This document shows, piece after piece, positions 16,835 to 31,506 of a stretch of 64,000 nucleotides of DNA. Position 1 is the stretch's first letter. Each line of letters starts with the position of its first letter. The DNA comes from Balanoglossus misakiensis (lineage: Eukaryota; Animalia; Hemichordata). The stretch spans positions 6,810,193-6,874,192 of the forward strand of contig CM082595.2 of NCBI GenBank assembly GCA_040954595.2. The letters are read 5' to 3'. A program made the position numbers and the translations under genes. The notes beneath the pieces were generated by a model that searched no databases, was not told the origin of the DNA, and saw nothing but the letters and a program-made list of their open reading frames with translations.

Positions 16835-19800
16835 ATGGGTGTCCAGTTTACTTGGAACTCGTTTGTAGGGAAACTGCTACGGACAAAGGCTTTCGACTCC
16901 TCGGTGGAAAGTGCGAATGTGCCCATAGCCGGCAAACTCTCTAAATGCCTGTCGACTTTTGACCTTGTGTCGTTGGGTGTCGGTAGCTGCATCGGGACTG
17001 GTATGTACGTTGTGTCCGGTTTGGTGGCCAGAAATGTGGCGGGACCTGCTGTCATCCTGTCGTTTATGATTGCAGCGCTAGCATCGATACTTTCAGGTAA
17101 GTTTGAAATTGCTGCACCTTTCCATGTTCAACAGCACACAAAAAGAAAATGAACACATTCAGTGTGTAAATGAGCATGTGCTTAATTAGACACTGATTGT
17201 GATGGAATGGTTCTACGGTCTGCGCATTTTAAAATCTAAATCAACGTGTTGAAACGCGACACACTATTCGGGAATATATTTTTCATTTTCTGTTTTACAG
17301 AGAAAACCACCATGTAACATACACCATTCAACCACCCAGGAAACACGAACCAAATTATCTCGGTCACTGAGCTTTGAAATTCAAAGTGACTTATTTCACT
17401 TCCAAATTCTGTTTTAACAGCCACAATCTTGTCTACACTGACTGATGTCAGGGACTTTCACTCAGCCGCAATATTGTGCCTTGAAGGTATAATAGGTCAT
17501 TGCTAATTTACATATGTCAATTCATGGTTAAAGGGGGCGCGCGGTCGTTTGCCTTTATAGCGACATTCTTCAGTATGACGTGTTTAACAAACTGTGATAT
17601 TGATCGACAAAATACTATGATGACAATTTGAATATATGTCGTTAGAAATCTAAACAAAAGATAAATTGACGAACGCTGCATTTATCACGTCTTATGATAC
17701 TTCAATAAATCTCGGTAAACTATAACGGGCACTGTGTCCGTCGGTTCGATAATGCTGAAATCAATTATTCAGATTGTTATGGGTTATGGGGGCCTTTGTG
17801 TTATCCCCAATACAGCGGACTCCGAAACTTCAGATAATGTACTTAGTCTTAGAAATAATCATGCAGCCGCCTGAAGCGCATGTTTACCGTTTCGATTGCA
17901 AACGATCTGATCGCGCCGCGGAAGTATTACATTTCTATCGATAGCAAATAGAGCAGAAAAAAGTACTCGGAACAGATGCTTGTTTCGGTCTTCGGAAATC
18001 CATTTAGGCCGAGGAAAGCTGCAGGTGTGTTAATAGCCCTAATTGTTTAGATGGTGCGTTTGGCAGACGAATGGTTTAATCTAATATGTAGGCAAACTAA
18101 ATAGATCGTTTTAACGGTGCGATGTTGTAATGCAAATAGATGGGAAACGCCTTATATACGCATGCGCAGTTACGACAAGTAAGCAATATCCCCAAGCTTT
18201 CCCTTTTCAATTCACCAGGATTTAATGTGACAACTTTACTACATAACAACAAAAATGTCATTATTTTTGGCAAATTAATAAATCCTACTGAAAATTTTGG
18301 TGATTTTTATCGCTTTTTCTTCAAAACGAAATATTACCAGCGTGGGCTGATTACAAACCTATAGGTCCAGCTACCGCTAATTCTGGACTAGCTTTCACTG
18401 CAGTAGTCTCACGGGTCTTGATCTCCGCCATGTTTGTTATCAATAAATCAATATTAAGGTTAACAGGTCACAGCGAGGACTGCCAAACCGTGATCACCAC
18501 AATCGTAAAAATGAATATTTAATCGTCATCGTGTTTTTCTTCTTCGGAAATTGGTTGACACATCAGTGGTTTGCGGGCCTAGCGATATTTTCAATTACAA
18601 TGTAATATCGCCAGACAGCCTTTGTGGATTACTCTAACGTTGTAAATAAAGGAGAAAAAGCCCAAGAGAACAGGTGCGATCACCGACGAATAGAAACGAA
18701 TGCAAATATATATCATGGTCGTTCGGTGTCTCGAAACGATTCCAAAACTCGAAATCTTTGTGCCGCTAATATACTTCCGCTGAATTACTTTTTACAGATC
18801 TTTTTAAACGGCGCTGGCATATAGTGGCAGTGCGCATGTGTCAAAACGAGTATTCCTTCAAATACACAATTGCAATACCGAATGGTAAACATACAACTTG
18901 CCGTGGGCGAACCGGGAAACTGTAATGTTTTATGAAATATATGCACTTGGGAAAGAGCAAAGCTAGATTATTTATAGAGTATCAAAAGTGAAACATTCCA
19001 ATCTTTCAGTCGTCAAGGAGACGGTTGCTAACTTATTTATGCAGTGATAACCCGCACTCTATTGGCCAAGTCATACACGTGACTAATAATTCAACTTTAT
19101 CTTTTATAAATTGCAAGCGTTGAGCCTATTAAGGAATAGCCACTGTGCTTGGGATCCAAATTACTTAATAATTGCCCTCCGCAAATTATGGAGTCGTTCG
19201 AGTCACAACCCCCACGTGGGTATTTTGATTAATGTCGCCCTTCTGGCCATAATTGCGCGTAATTAGAATGAAAAATGTCACCGCTTATTTGAGCAACGTC
19301 GGTCGCTCTCAGCCCAGATGTATGCATGTACATGTGCTGACATACGTTATCTGTGAGCAATTGATGAAAATGTGTATACATTACAACAATCATGTATGAC
19401 TGTTCCATGGGTGTTATAAACAGTCAGGTGTTTATAACCACAGAGATGTTGTTTTTATATCCGGTCTATATAGAAGATTGTCGATTTTATAACTGAGAAT
19501 CGCCTGTATCTGTCGTCTACCTGTAATTGTGTGTGAATGGCCCTCAAATTGATATATTAGCACATCATTTCAAAAGAATTTCGGCTTTATCGACACTAAA
19601 ATCACAACAATTTACTAAGCGTGGTTCTCGTTTTCGCACCATTGCCACCTAAATTCGTTGATCGGTTCACAAGGCAATCTTCCTTTTTGAAATCGCCGGG
19701 AAAACCGACAAAGAACGATAGCCTTCTTGTAAGACATTCCTGTCATTAAATCATTCTGCCTCGGTGCACGCAATACCATGGCACGCGATTGTTCTCAGGG

Positions 19801-22800
19801 ATTTCCAATCTCCATTAAATAGAAGCAAAACGATATCGAAAGCAAGATGTTGAATTATGTAGGTAAAATTGAGAAAATTGTGTGCGAGTGTTTTTTTGCA
19901 CTGGCTATAAGATACATGTATAACCTGATTTCTTGTGGGCCAACCTGCGAAATTCACAAGTTCTTGTGGCTGCTTCCAAAATATCGCTATCTGTCATTTA
20001 GGGTGCGCAAGGGAAGTCATTTTTAAACATTAGGTTTCGACATTTTATGAGTCTCTGTGGCATTGAAGATTATGCCCATCAGTGAAAAGCTCCCTTAGGC
20101 AATTATGTTGTATAAGTTTCTAATGAAACGTGCTAAGAAGAATACTCAGAATCCCTTTCTTTTTGGAGCAAATGCCACCTGGTTAAACCTCGTGGAAGAC
20201 TAGGCTAGATCACCGAGGCTTGAACAAAAAAAAAGAAACATACTAATGCACGACAAATCTAAGAATGACAAGGCCAAACCACTTCTCTTGACATTGGTAC
20301 GAACAAACACGTGACTATATGTTCACTTGATGTGACTGCATAATATTACCAAAACAGGTCCCGGATGCAAATTTCATTTCGTCTAATCTCCAATGGTCAG
20401 CGTTATAATGATGCATATGCATGTGCGTTTCTGTGCACCTCTAAGGGGGTTCACAGATAAATTGCATTTCCTGACCTGAACACTACCTTGAATCATTTAG
20501 GTATTTAGCCAAGCTCAGATGTTCTCGATTTATAATTCATGGACAATGTTTTATAATTTATGAGACAGAACATTTTATTTGCTTGACCGAACGGATGGTT
20601 ACATTAGCATACTATGATGACTAACTGCCATGACGACGTGTTTGACAGAAGCCAACGTTGCACCTTCACCCTTCATTCTGAAAAGTTCAACCCTGAATGT
20701 CTACACAATTTCTAGTCTGGTTTCTACCCATGCAGCTGGATCTGTGTATAGTTATGATAGTTATGGACGTTACCAGGGATACGATGCTTTTAAATTCTTC
20801 CGAAACTTTCTTATTAAGAGACTGTCACACCTTCAAGAACACCGACACTCTCTCCCTCGGGTCGAAGAGACTTTGGTGGCCATTTTGAATAATAAGTGGC
20901 AAGTTTGAGGTAATATAGTTCGCCAATCCAAAATTATGCAGTCACCGCGTGTCTTTTGCTTTCTCCTAGAAACTACAAACACTGTAAGGCAATTGTGAAC
21001 AATTTATGAATATCGTGTAGTAGTAGTTCATAGTATGCACCCCATTAACATTTTCTGTTATAGGCTCCGCAAAACCCTGTTTGTTTTTACTCGATGATCT
21101 CACAATCTGGCTGCGTCAAGCATCTGATAATGCTGCCTACATTACCCCTGTTTTTTTTTAAATTTAATCGAAAGACGCAAGACACACTTTTCCAGTAAGG
21201 GGAAATTTGCGTTGACGTGCCCGCGTTGTAGCTTCACCCTGCATATCATGCTATTTCCGATTCACGGATTAAATTCCGAACAGAAATGCACCTCTACCTG
21301 AAACACAATCCCAAGTAGTCTACGAAAACGCTTTGAAATCAAGACAAGGTATAAGCGGCTTTTCTCAGGGCGGATTTTCCATGCACACAACTAAATTAGA
21401 ATTCCCGAGCGTGTATGGCTTCGTACGTTTCAGATAATGCGTTCAACCTACACGGCATTATTGTGTATTTATGCATTGAGTTCATCCAATCCGTCAAATA
21501 CAAAATGCACCGAGTTTGTTTGAGTACGTCGCTTCGTCTTCTATATTTTGCTCGTCTCAGCTTACAATGCCTGTCAATACACACAGCACTTCTTCCAGAT
21601 CAATCTGTCATTATCTAAAAAAATGTCACTCGAAAAAATATAACACTGGAATGTGTCAAAGGTAACGAAAATATTGTGCAAACTAGTGTTTGAAACAGTC
21701 ATTTGTATTCATTTGACTATTCCGAGTGAGTAAAGATTGTAGCTTCTCAGGAAGCTTATTGAGAAAGACGAACGGATGTAATGGATTCTTCAAAAAATCA
21801 ATATGGCGGCCTAGCAACCACTTCGAGGGCAATCTTCGCCAAGTGCACCTGTCTAGTATCCGCTTTTCGACGTCCACATTATAGACATTATCCCTGATAT
21901 TTTAACTTCGTGCATACAATTCATCTTCTGCCTTTGGCAACGGAGGGATTTACGACAGATTACTCAAAGTTTTAACTCGGCTCGTTCGATATATCGAGAG
22001 AACGGAATGTCAGACACATCTGTATCCATGACAACCGCATTATGAAATGTCCTTTTTTGCACGAGGCATTTACATTTCAATTCAAACGCAGTGATTTAGC
22101 TGTAGTTAACCCGTCTCATTCATCAACACATGAATTTACCCCCCTGGGGCCTTACGTCAGCTCAGAGACTTGAAATGATTTTTCAGGATTTGAACTTTTC
22201 AATAACTTTCACACTTTGGAAAAATCACATCATTCACATTACTATGACATAGCTACATATCTATCGATCAATCGGATAGGTTTAAACAAGCAAGTACAGT
22301 ACATTAAACACTCTAGCTTAGAATTGACGTGGGCCTCCCGTTTAACATTTGACATTTTGTCTTTAATATTATCATGGCGAACTGTGACAGAAACGCTAAT
22401 GAATAGAAAGCAGATTTCTAGTCTTCGAAATTGGGTATTTTAGTGCAGATATGTGAACATTTTTCAGACCAAGGCAGAGGCATATAAGTACATGTAGCTT
22501 GCTTTTTAAAATTTTACAGTTAAATTATAATTTTACGCTTTGCTGGATAGACTGTATAGCGTTCATTCACTCACAACACCACAATGTGAAGCTTGCGTAT
22601 AGTATTACAAATGGGGGAAACGGTCACGTGACAGGCTTCTTGACATGGCGGGAATGATTTTTTATCGACTGAAACGTTTTAGTGCCTGTCAATGCTCGTG
22701 TTATTCGATCGGCTCAAAAAGTGAGCACTGCCCGGCTGGGAACCGTCAGCAAGTCACATTGTGCCGACGTGCTGTCATCTCAGCCCCGCTTGCGTCGTCG

Positions 22801-25800
22801 CTGCCTGCCAACACAGTGCAGACGACACAGCACAATATTGGTCTAAGGGTTTTTATTTGCTTTAACGAGCAAGGCGATTGCATTAATCTTAAACTGCATC
22901 GAGGAGACATTAAAACAGGTCTCATTATTCAGTGTCAAGGCCTGAAGTAGTGCAGCAGACAGAGTGCAAGCAACGTGGCGCAATCTGGCAAATATAGACT
23001 CGACAGTAGGGCAGACGAAAATGAAAAAGATAACTTCGTCATATACTGCTAAATTTAAAGGGGAAATCCGCTGTAGCTGATTTCTACATAATTTGGTAGC
23101 TTTGATGTCTCTCTTTCAGAAAAAAACATATTCGCCATGTATAGGTCGCGCAATTTTTTACAAAATCTAGGGAAAGTTGGCAGAATTTCCAATATGGCGT
23201 TTACTGTAATTTGAATCATGGGAAAAAAAGCGCCAGGAGCAACTTCCGCCCACCATGGTGTGGGTGATACCATTCTCCGATTGGTGTCACTGGTCGACAG
23301 ACTAGGCGTATTTTCATAGCTATTGTTTGTTCTTTGCATCAGTTGATAAACAATCATCAGCAAAGTCGAAAATTTGTCATCTATTGACAGTTTTCATGAG
23401 CTATAACCCATGAAAAATATGCAAATACGCTTAGCTTGTGACACAGTGACACCAGTCTGAAAATGGTATCGTCCACACCAGGTTGGGCGGAAGTTGGCCC
23501 TGGCGCTTTTTTTCCCATGATTCAAATTACAGTAAACGCCATATTGGAACTTTCACTCGGTTTTTTTTTTAATCGCGCGACTTATACATGGCGAAACTGT
23601 TTCTTTCTGAAAGAGTGACATAAAAGCTACCGAATTATGTAGAAATTAGCTACAACGGATTTCCCCTTTAAATTGATTGAAAATGTCACGGCTGCTTTCG
23701 TCTTGGAGCAAATGTGTCACATTTTACCTGACCGACAAAATACTTTCAGTATTACTATGTGTTTTGTGTACATGAATCAAAGCTACTGCTTGCTTTTATT
23801 TAATTTGCTTCATTAAAATGCAATAAAAGCGTCCCTCGCTAATAGCTTGGTGCGACATACAACACATTCTGCGCGGCTTGTATTTTGCCCATTCATAATT
23901 TCTTGCTTAACGACACATGCAAATAGGGTGAACGTGAAAACTGACGCCTACTTGACATTTTTTTTCCAAAGCAACATGGCAGCATTCTGTGTTCTTTCGG
24001 CTGGTTACGAACACTTAACTACTACAGTTTGACTTGAGAGGTGTGAAAGCTCCACTAAAGTACAGTACAGACCAATCTGCAAATTTGTTCAAAATGAATT
24101 CCATTCTTATTACCTATGGGATATCACCTTCCCATGAGCTGCAGTTGTCCCTATAGAACCCATTCTGCGAGGGAAATATTTCCTTTCGACTTCATGAAGG
24201 TTATGCATTTACATAAATGACCTCCCTCTGACTAAAATAATAGTTGCTCGCGCTGATTCAAAAATGTAAGTTGCACAATCACCATTATTGTGATTAGTAG
24301 GATGTTGCCTTGGTTACCAAAAGACAGCGTCTTTTAGGAATAACAAGCCTTTCCCATAATTCATTGTTTTCTATTCAGTGATTGTTAAATTTAACAACAG
24401 CGAGTGCACGAAATACAAGGACGTGTTTATGTAACGTCAACTCCAAAACAACCAAAATCAACGATTGAAATAACATTGTATCACTAGGGAATATTGATAT
24501 TGATTTTAGAATTAAAAGCCTGGTGTTTAACTGACGAATTTTCTCAATTCCTTTGGGGGACAGTGGTTTGGTAGGACGATTCATAAAACATGCTTATATG
24601 TGGTCGACAGTCATAATTTGAGTGCATGGCAATCACCAGACACATTCGTTGACAGCAATATAAATGTATTTACGCTTGCGCCACCACAGTACTACATCGT
24701 GTTATTCTTTCCCGCCAAAATTCTGGAGAGAAAGCACTATTAACCTATGTCCTGTCGCTGCACGACATCTTGAATGTCATGAAGTTCCAGGCCTATAGAT
24801 ATGTAGGCCACGGTGTCATCAATTGACTTAACCAAACGTCAGATATATATCACGCGGTGTGACGTACAGGCCCACGCTGATTGGTGGATTCAACAGCGCC
24901 AGCCACTAATCGAATTAACTGAGTGTTGATCTGAAATTCGTCTTTCCCAAGATGCCGGTAATGTTGATTGAAAGACAGCTTATGAGGTTTTCAGGTCCTG
25001 TGGATAACGAATGTGGTGATCTGCATGTACTGTATGCTTCAACGGCTGTTCGCTAGATACGTCAAGAAATGTCAATGTGTGGCACTTCTACCAGTTTGTC
25101 GAACAACATACCGAATTACTTATACATGTACAAGTAAACGATAAATTATATGTCAGGATTATTGTTTTCAACACATAGACGAGTAGAGTAATAAAATAGT
25201 CAGGATAAACGGGAAAATGATGTATTTTTCAATGACATTTATTTCCAAGGATTGGCGCATGCACTTGTCAGCTCAATGTACGCATCACCATCTGATTTCG
25301 CCGCTCCTTTTTCCTACTCGACAGATGTCACGTGACAGCTATTTCCTTGCTAGGTACTGAGTATTTCCTTCTGAATCACTACATGCCTGCCACGCGTCAT
25401 CCGGGTATCTTGTATCAAAGTATCGATGCCAAATGAGTATACACAATCGTGGAAATTGTCTTGTGGAATCAAAACGTAAATGTATTTTTTTTTTGTGCGC
25501 GGGAAGATTATATTTTCTTATCTGCGCCTAACGATTCCGTATGCGATTTAAAACCGTGATTTCTTTGCCAACATTACGCCCACGTGCCAAAGCAGCACGT
25601 TCGAACATTTCACACAAATCCAATCTTATGGCGCGAAAGGTCAGATCTCTCGGACGTGGAACGACTGAACGCGGCAAATGAGAACAGATGGTGATTTTTT
25701 AAATCTGATCAGAAGTAGATTTTAGACGTCGCGTAAATCACTTGCGGGTCGGGTATTCGCTCTTGCTTGCGATTGCCGGAATAATGTATCTAGTAATCTT

Positions 25801-28800
25801 CCAATAGATTCTGTATTAGCTATTCCTCGAGAGCGCGAGGGCGATGCACTTATTCGATGGAATCGATGAAAAGCACAGAGCGGAAATGCCCGTGCTAGGG
25901 GAATCGCGGGTCGTCTTTAATCGATACATACTATCTGACGAAGACGTCTGCATAGTACTGAATGCTACATTATGGTTGACCTCATTCTGTTCGACGACGG
26001 TTTTATGCGATCTAATTCTGTATTCTTGCGTCTTTTTCTTCGTGTTCTTCTTATTTAGGTGTCTGCTATGCTGAGTTCGGCGTACGAGTGCCCAAGACCA
26101 CCGGGTCGGCCTATGTGTATAGCTATGTCACCGTCGGCGAATTCGCTGCCTTCGTAATTGGCTGGAATCTTATCTTGGAATATTTGATTGGCACAGCAGC
26201 CGGCGCAAGCGCACTCAGCAGCTGTTTTGACTCCCTAGTCCATCATAAAATAAGCCATTTTATGTTGGACAATGTTGGAGGTTTTGGAATACACAGTAAG
26301 TGCTTCCTTGTGAAATATTACTATTGAATATTTCTCGTTTAAAACCATTGCGTAATGTTCCCACAAGTTACGTGAGGACAGCGACCATTGTACAAGGCTT
26401 GCCTATGCAACATGATAGGTTGCAAAAAGCCCAGAAGTTAAAACATTTAATATCAAAATAACATCACTCTTTTACTTTTCCAGCGAAATCATATCCAGAT
26501 CTTTTAGCCTGTGTGATAGTCATAGCCATGACCTTGATAGTGACAGCAGGGGTCAAGAAATCGGTGGGGTTCAACAACGCCCTCAACGCCATAAACTTGG
26601 CTGTGTGGGTCTTCATCGTGGTTGCTGGGTTGTTCTACGTTAGTGCCGATAACTGGACGGAAGGTTTTATGCCTTATGGATTTTCTGGGGTAGGTGATAT
26701 ACTTCTCGGTTTCGGTTGTCTTGTGAGGCTTTGTGTTAAACCCTTAAAGACATTATCTGTATTACTCTGGTTCCCGAGGTAGATCTCTGTGTCTTATATT
26801 AAACTTTTCAAGGTAGGCCTAACCAAAATCTCTACGTGCAACTATTTTCTTTGTGGTAGGTCAACTTTGAAGAAAACATGAACTAACATTTGCCCTTGTT
26901 ATCTCTTCAAAGGTAATGACTGGGGCTGCAACCTGTTTCTATGCATTCATCGGTTTTGACATCATCGCCACCACCGGTGAAGAAGCGAAAGAGCCCAGCA
27001 GGTCCATCCCCATTGCCATCGTCCTCTCACTGGTCATCTGCCTCTTTGGTTACGTCACAGTCAGTATTATCCTAACCCTGATGGTTCCTTATTATGACAT
27101 CAGTCCCGAGTCGCCACTGTTGGAGATGTTCGTCCAGCATGGAGCGAACAACGCGAAGTATATCGTTGCTGTGGGTGCCATATGCGGCCTGACTGTTAGT
27201 CTGATGGGATCGCTCTTCCCGATGCCGCGTGTAATTTTCGCCATGTCTTCCGATGGTCTCCTCTTTAGGTATGCCTCTATACTTGTGATAAGATTCCTAA
27301 CATTTTGACGAGCATTCTTCGTCGGTAGGTGGTACGGATAGTGTACAGTCTGATACCGAAACTAACCAAGTTGAAACAAATTACTGAATTAGCTACACAA
27401 GTGATTTCTTTTACAAAATAACGATTGTTAGAAATATATGAACTGGAAATATTTGGTTGTTGTGACATTTCAGGTAGTCTGGTGACAGGATCCCACATTT
27501 GATCTTCATTTGATCATCGTATGTTCATCTCCATCAACCATATCCGTCTTCTTCTCCATTACCACCACCCCCACCACCCACCATAACTGCCACCATACCA
27601 CCACCACCACTAATAGCACTAAAGCCACTACCATCATTCACTGATTCATGTGTCTAATTCTCTTGATAGGTTCATGGCTCGCGTCAACGACTTCACCAAG
27701 ACGCCAGCAATAGCCACCATCTTGTCGGGATTCATCGCCGCAATTCTGGCTCTCCTGATTGGCCTGGCCGACCTTATCGAGATGATGTCCATCGGCACCT
27801 TGTTGGCCTACACCATCGTGTCCATGTGTGTCTTGATCCTCCGATACCAGCCGCACCACGACGTGGAGTTCGCGCTGCAGACGACCGTCGACTACGACAC
27901 ACTCGACGACGAAGGCGAGGGGGAGACCGCCACAACGAAAGAAGAGCCAAAACTCCCAGAGGGGGCCGCGACCGAAACCTCCACCCTAGCAGAAGCCGGC
28001 CCGGAGAAACTGATTCCGAAGAGCGAGGCCGACAAAAGCGAACAGCCGATCAAGGCTCGCTACGGTGCTGTCGAACCAGAGCCCGACGACTTCAACACGT
28101 ATTCAGACTCCGACCTGACGCTGTCACGTCTGCGGGAGTGGGGCTACAGGATGTGGGGCCGGTACAGGGAACTGATGAAGCTGCCGGACAAAAAGGAGAA
28201 CCCCACAGTGCAGAGCGGGAAAGTGGTCACCTACACCACCCTTCTCCTCTTCGCCGTCATCTTCATCTTCAACTCCATAGTCATCTTCGGTCGTCCGTTC
28301 CTGGTGGAGTCGAACGCCTGGGCCATCATACTGCTCCTGATATTCGCCGGCATCATCATCTATCTTGTCTTCAAGATTTATCAACAGCCACAATGCAAGG
28401 ACAGGTTCAAGTTTATGGCCCCTTGCGTGCCACTCCTGCCCATCGCCGCCATGTTTGTCAACATATATTTGATGCTGAAGCTATCCTATCTCACATGGGT
28501 GAGGTTTGCAATCTGGTTAATCGTAGGTAAGGCTGGGGCTCACACTGCACACTCAAACAGACGTGCGAATGTATAACACTACAGTCAAACCTGTCTATAG
28601 TGGCCAGTCAAGGGACTTTCCTAAACTGGCCCTTATATACGTCGGACCGTAGACTCTCCCACAGCCCTTCTAGCCGTCCATGAAGGCTTATGGTCTGAAT
28701 GCATGTGTGCCCGGTGAGAGGTTCGCCACACACGCTATATGGGGCTTTCTTTTGCTAAACGGTTGAGGGCGCGTCAGTGAAGAGCCTTGTAGCCAACCGT

Positions 28801-29514
28801 GGGCTGTTAGAGGGTCTACCAGGCACCGTATCATAGTGGCCATTATATGGAGGTGACCACTAACACGTTTGACTAGGATAAGCACAGCTTTATGTAAAAA
28901 GAACTGACCAGTGCTCGGACCCTACTGAGTGTGAATACGTTTACAGCAGTGAGCACCGTTACAGAAAAGGGGAAAGCCATTTTATGGAAATCTCACCTAC
29001 ATGTACTTGTACCTAACAGAGTAACAGCATGTTCTTATAGCTATAGGTCACGCGTTAAGTTCAACATTATCTTAATACATGAATTCTATGTCTGCTTTCC
29101 AGGATTTGTAATCTATTTTGGTTATGGTATATGGAATAGTAATATAGAAAGAAGGTTTTCCGAAGGCGGAAGAGAAACCAAGGATGGAAAAGATACTTTG
29201 ATTTTAGATAATACGCCGCCTCAGGTAAGAGTTTCCTTTCGTCTTTAGTCTAACTCGTAAAATCTTGAATTTCATTCTTTTATATCTCTCTGAATGTCGA
29301 TTTGTGGCTTATACCTACGTTCACAACCATCAATACTATCAAAAACTGTATGTTTTCTAAACATTTTTTCGTTGGGCTTACTGGTGGAAATTATTATAAA
29401 GATTTGCTGAACTCAGTCGACTTTACATTTCTACAGATGACAACTGAGTCGACCGTGATACCTGCACATGCCGATAAACAGCCATTCGAAGACGACCAAA
29501 CGCAGGAACCGTGA
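16835..29514 (+). CDS. SLC7A14: Cationic amino-acid transporter, SLC7A14-like (APC superfamily); coding exons 16835-17096, 26059-26295, 26484-26689, 26913-27268, 27670-28526, 29103-29224, 29437-29514
   Basis: All junctions are GT-AG and phase-compatible. The protein contains [78 protein letters not shown] and [11 protein letters not shown], which I recognise as near-identical to vertebrate SLC7A14. It also has the long acidic loop and the C-terminal FMAPCVP...FGYG domain. Confidence 0.95.
23059..23667. mobile_element. Non-autonomous DNA transposon with ~220-bp TIRs and TTAA target duplication (Kolobok-like)
   Basis: TTAA|AGGGGAAATCCGCTGTAGCT ... AGCTACAACGGATTTCCCCT|TTAA, with long imperfect inverted arms. 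Purine-purine start plus TTAA TSD fits Kolobok rather than piggyBac. Confidence 0.85.
28582..28874. mobile_element. pogo/Tigger-like MITE containing a second small TIR element at 28650-28818
   Basis: Starts TA|CAGTCAAACCTGT and ends with degenerate ACGTTTGACT. Inside, TAGACTCTCCCACAGCCC ... GGGCTGTTAGAGGGTCTA form an inverted pair. Confidence 0.55.
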
Positions 29515-31162
29515 GGGCGCTCTGCAGGACGACTCAAACAGCATCATCGTCAGAAGAGAGAACGTGTTTGTTGAAATAACCTGAAGCCGATGGCACAGCT
29601 GGAGTCGAAAGCAAAGCAGAGTACACAAGTGGCATTTACTGAGAGAGAGAAAAATATGAACACGACGTCCTATATATATACCGATAATTACAATTGTTCG
29701 TCGTAGTCTGTGGTTTAATGAGTCGAAAATTAGTACATTATGTAAACTGAAATAACATGTTGACTGTATCACTAGACATAAGATTAGAAAGTTTATCCAT
29801 ATGCTCAAAGCACATCTGAAATAAATGTGTACATAGAATTGTAGAAAACGCGACAAACTACAGCTTTTTGTTGTATACGTTGGATTTTTGTCATGAATTT
29901 TTCGTTTTATTGATATCAAAACGATATGGTTTGTTTTGGATGTTTGTTTTCTCTAAGTTACTTTGGTACTACATAAGCTAAAAGCTAACACTAAGATGAA
30001 ATGCAATCCCTACTACGTTTTCAACAGTATTCTTTCAAAGTTCGGTAGTTGCAATATTTGAGTCAATGTTTACATGCATGTAACTGTTTCTAATATATAT
30101 TGCAAAACTACTGTAAAGCCTGACTACGTGACTGTCAAACCTATATATTATTTCCTAGATGAAATGGCGGTGTCCATAGCTAAAGCGGTCGTCTACACTG
30201 AACATGCGCAAACTTTCTCTTTACAAGCACATACCCCACTGTGTCCCTAAATTGCTCAAGAAGACCCCGCAAACCAGTACGTGGGAATGAGAAACACATT
30301 ACATTTGTAATTGCAGTGGTGTACATTATAAGTTTCATTTCGCACATATTTTGATTTGCTACCAACTTTATTTTCCTAGATCTCGTATCCACAGTTGACT
30401 TTCATTGAACTAGCTTAAAGACATACGCATACACTGAATGTGTAAATAGCGTATAATTGTGGTGCATAATTATGACTTATTCATGCGAACGATAAAACTG
30501 AATGAGTGTATAAAGTAATTGTCAATGGTGCGGAAAGAGAGACATCTGCATTCATGTGATCCATGCATCGAAAATGGTCGATGTAGCTTATTTTAGTTTA
30601 GAGATAACCATATCAAAAATTGATGCAGGTTTAAAGGTTTTTCGTTTTACTAATTAAGGATCATGGACATTTATTATTTGAATTTATTCATCTTTGCTTC
30701 ATTATTTTATTCCAAGAAACATTCACGAATACTAGTATTGGCTTCCGATGCCAACTGAGGTACATTTTAGATCGATGTTACCTGGGTTTTTCACCTTACA
30801 AAAGACACCACTAGCTCATTTAAAACTACCACACCATTAACATGGCCATCATTGACTGACGTCACTTTTATCATTTTTTGTGTGCAGTTGTTTCAAGTTT
30901 TAATTTTTATGTTTTCTGTGTTGATCAAAAGAAACTTGCCTTCATTGTACACTTTCAGCTTCAGTTATAACTCATACTGTTGTCAGTATTCACATTTTGG
31001 GTGTGTAGGCTAACTCTTACGCACAAGCTATTCCAGTACATGTATTTTTATACCCTCACAGTCAAACCACACATGGCTTGAGGCTATGACCTGCTGAAGC
31101 AAGCAGGATCTGATGTCACCAATTCCACATGGACAGCAAGCAATAGCAACTTAACAGATTAA

Positions 31163-31506
31163 AGGGACAAAGTCTCTCTCTCGCTGCCCTTTTTTCCATT
31201 CATTATGTTTGATACAAGACACTGTTTATATTATTCTACATGTGGATATTGAATCAACGTTCGACCACACACGACTTCCATCCCAATTGCAGACACGAGA
31301 GTGAAAAACTCGCCAAAATGAATAATCCGTGTTTACCATTTATTCATTTTGGACGAGTTTTTATCCTTATATCCTACAAACGGGATGGAAGTTGTGTGTA
31401 GTTGAACATTGATTCACTATATATCCACATGTAGAATAACATAAAAGGTGTTTTGTATCAAACATAATTAATGGAAAAAGGGCAGCGAGAGAGAGACTTT
31501 GCCCCT
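31163..31506. mobile_element. Palindromic ~345-bp MITE, TTAA TSD (Kolobok-like), copy 1 of 3
   Basis: TTAA|AGGGACAAAGTCTCTCTCTCGCTGCCC ... GGGCAGCGAGAGAGAGACTTTGCCCCT|TTAA. Nearly the whole element is an inverted repeat. Homologous copies at 36474 and 38064. Confidence 0.9.

Noticed and set aside
20630-20908. ORF containing YSYDSYG, resembling a YD/RHS repeat
   Set aside because: Single short match inside an intron, with no supporting exons or further repeats.
27826-28530. 234-aa alternative-frame ORF and antisense ORFs over the large SLC7A14 exon
   Set aside because: By-product of GC-rich codon usage in the real exon; low-complexity Arg-rich translation.
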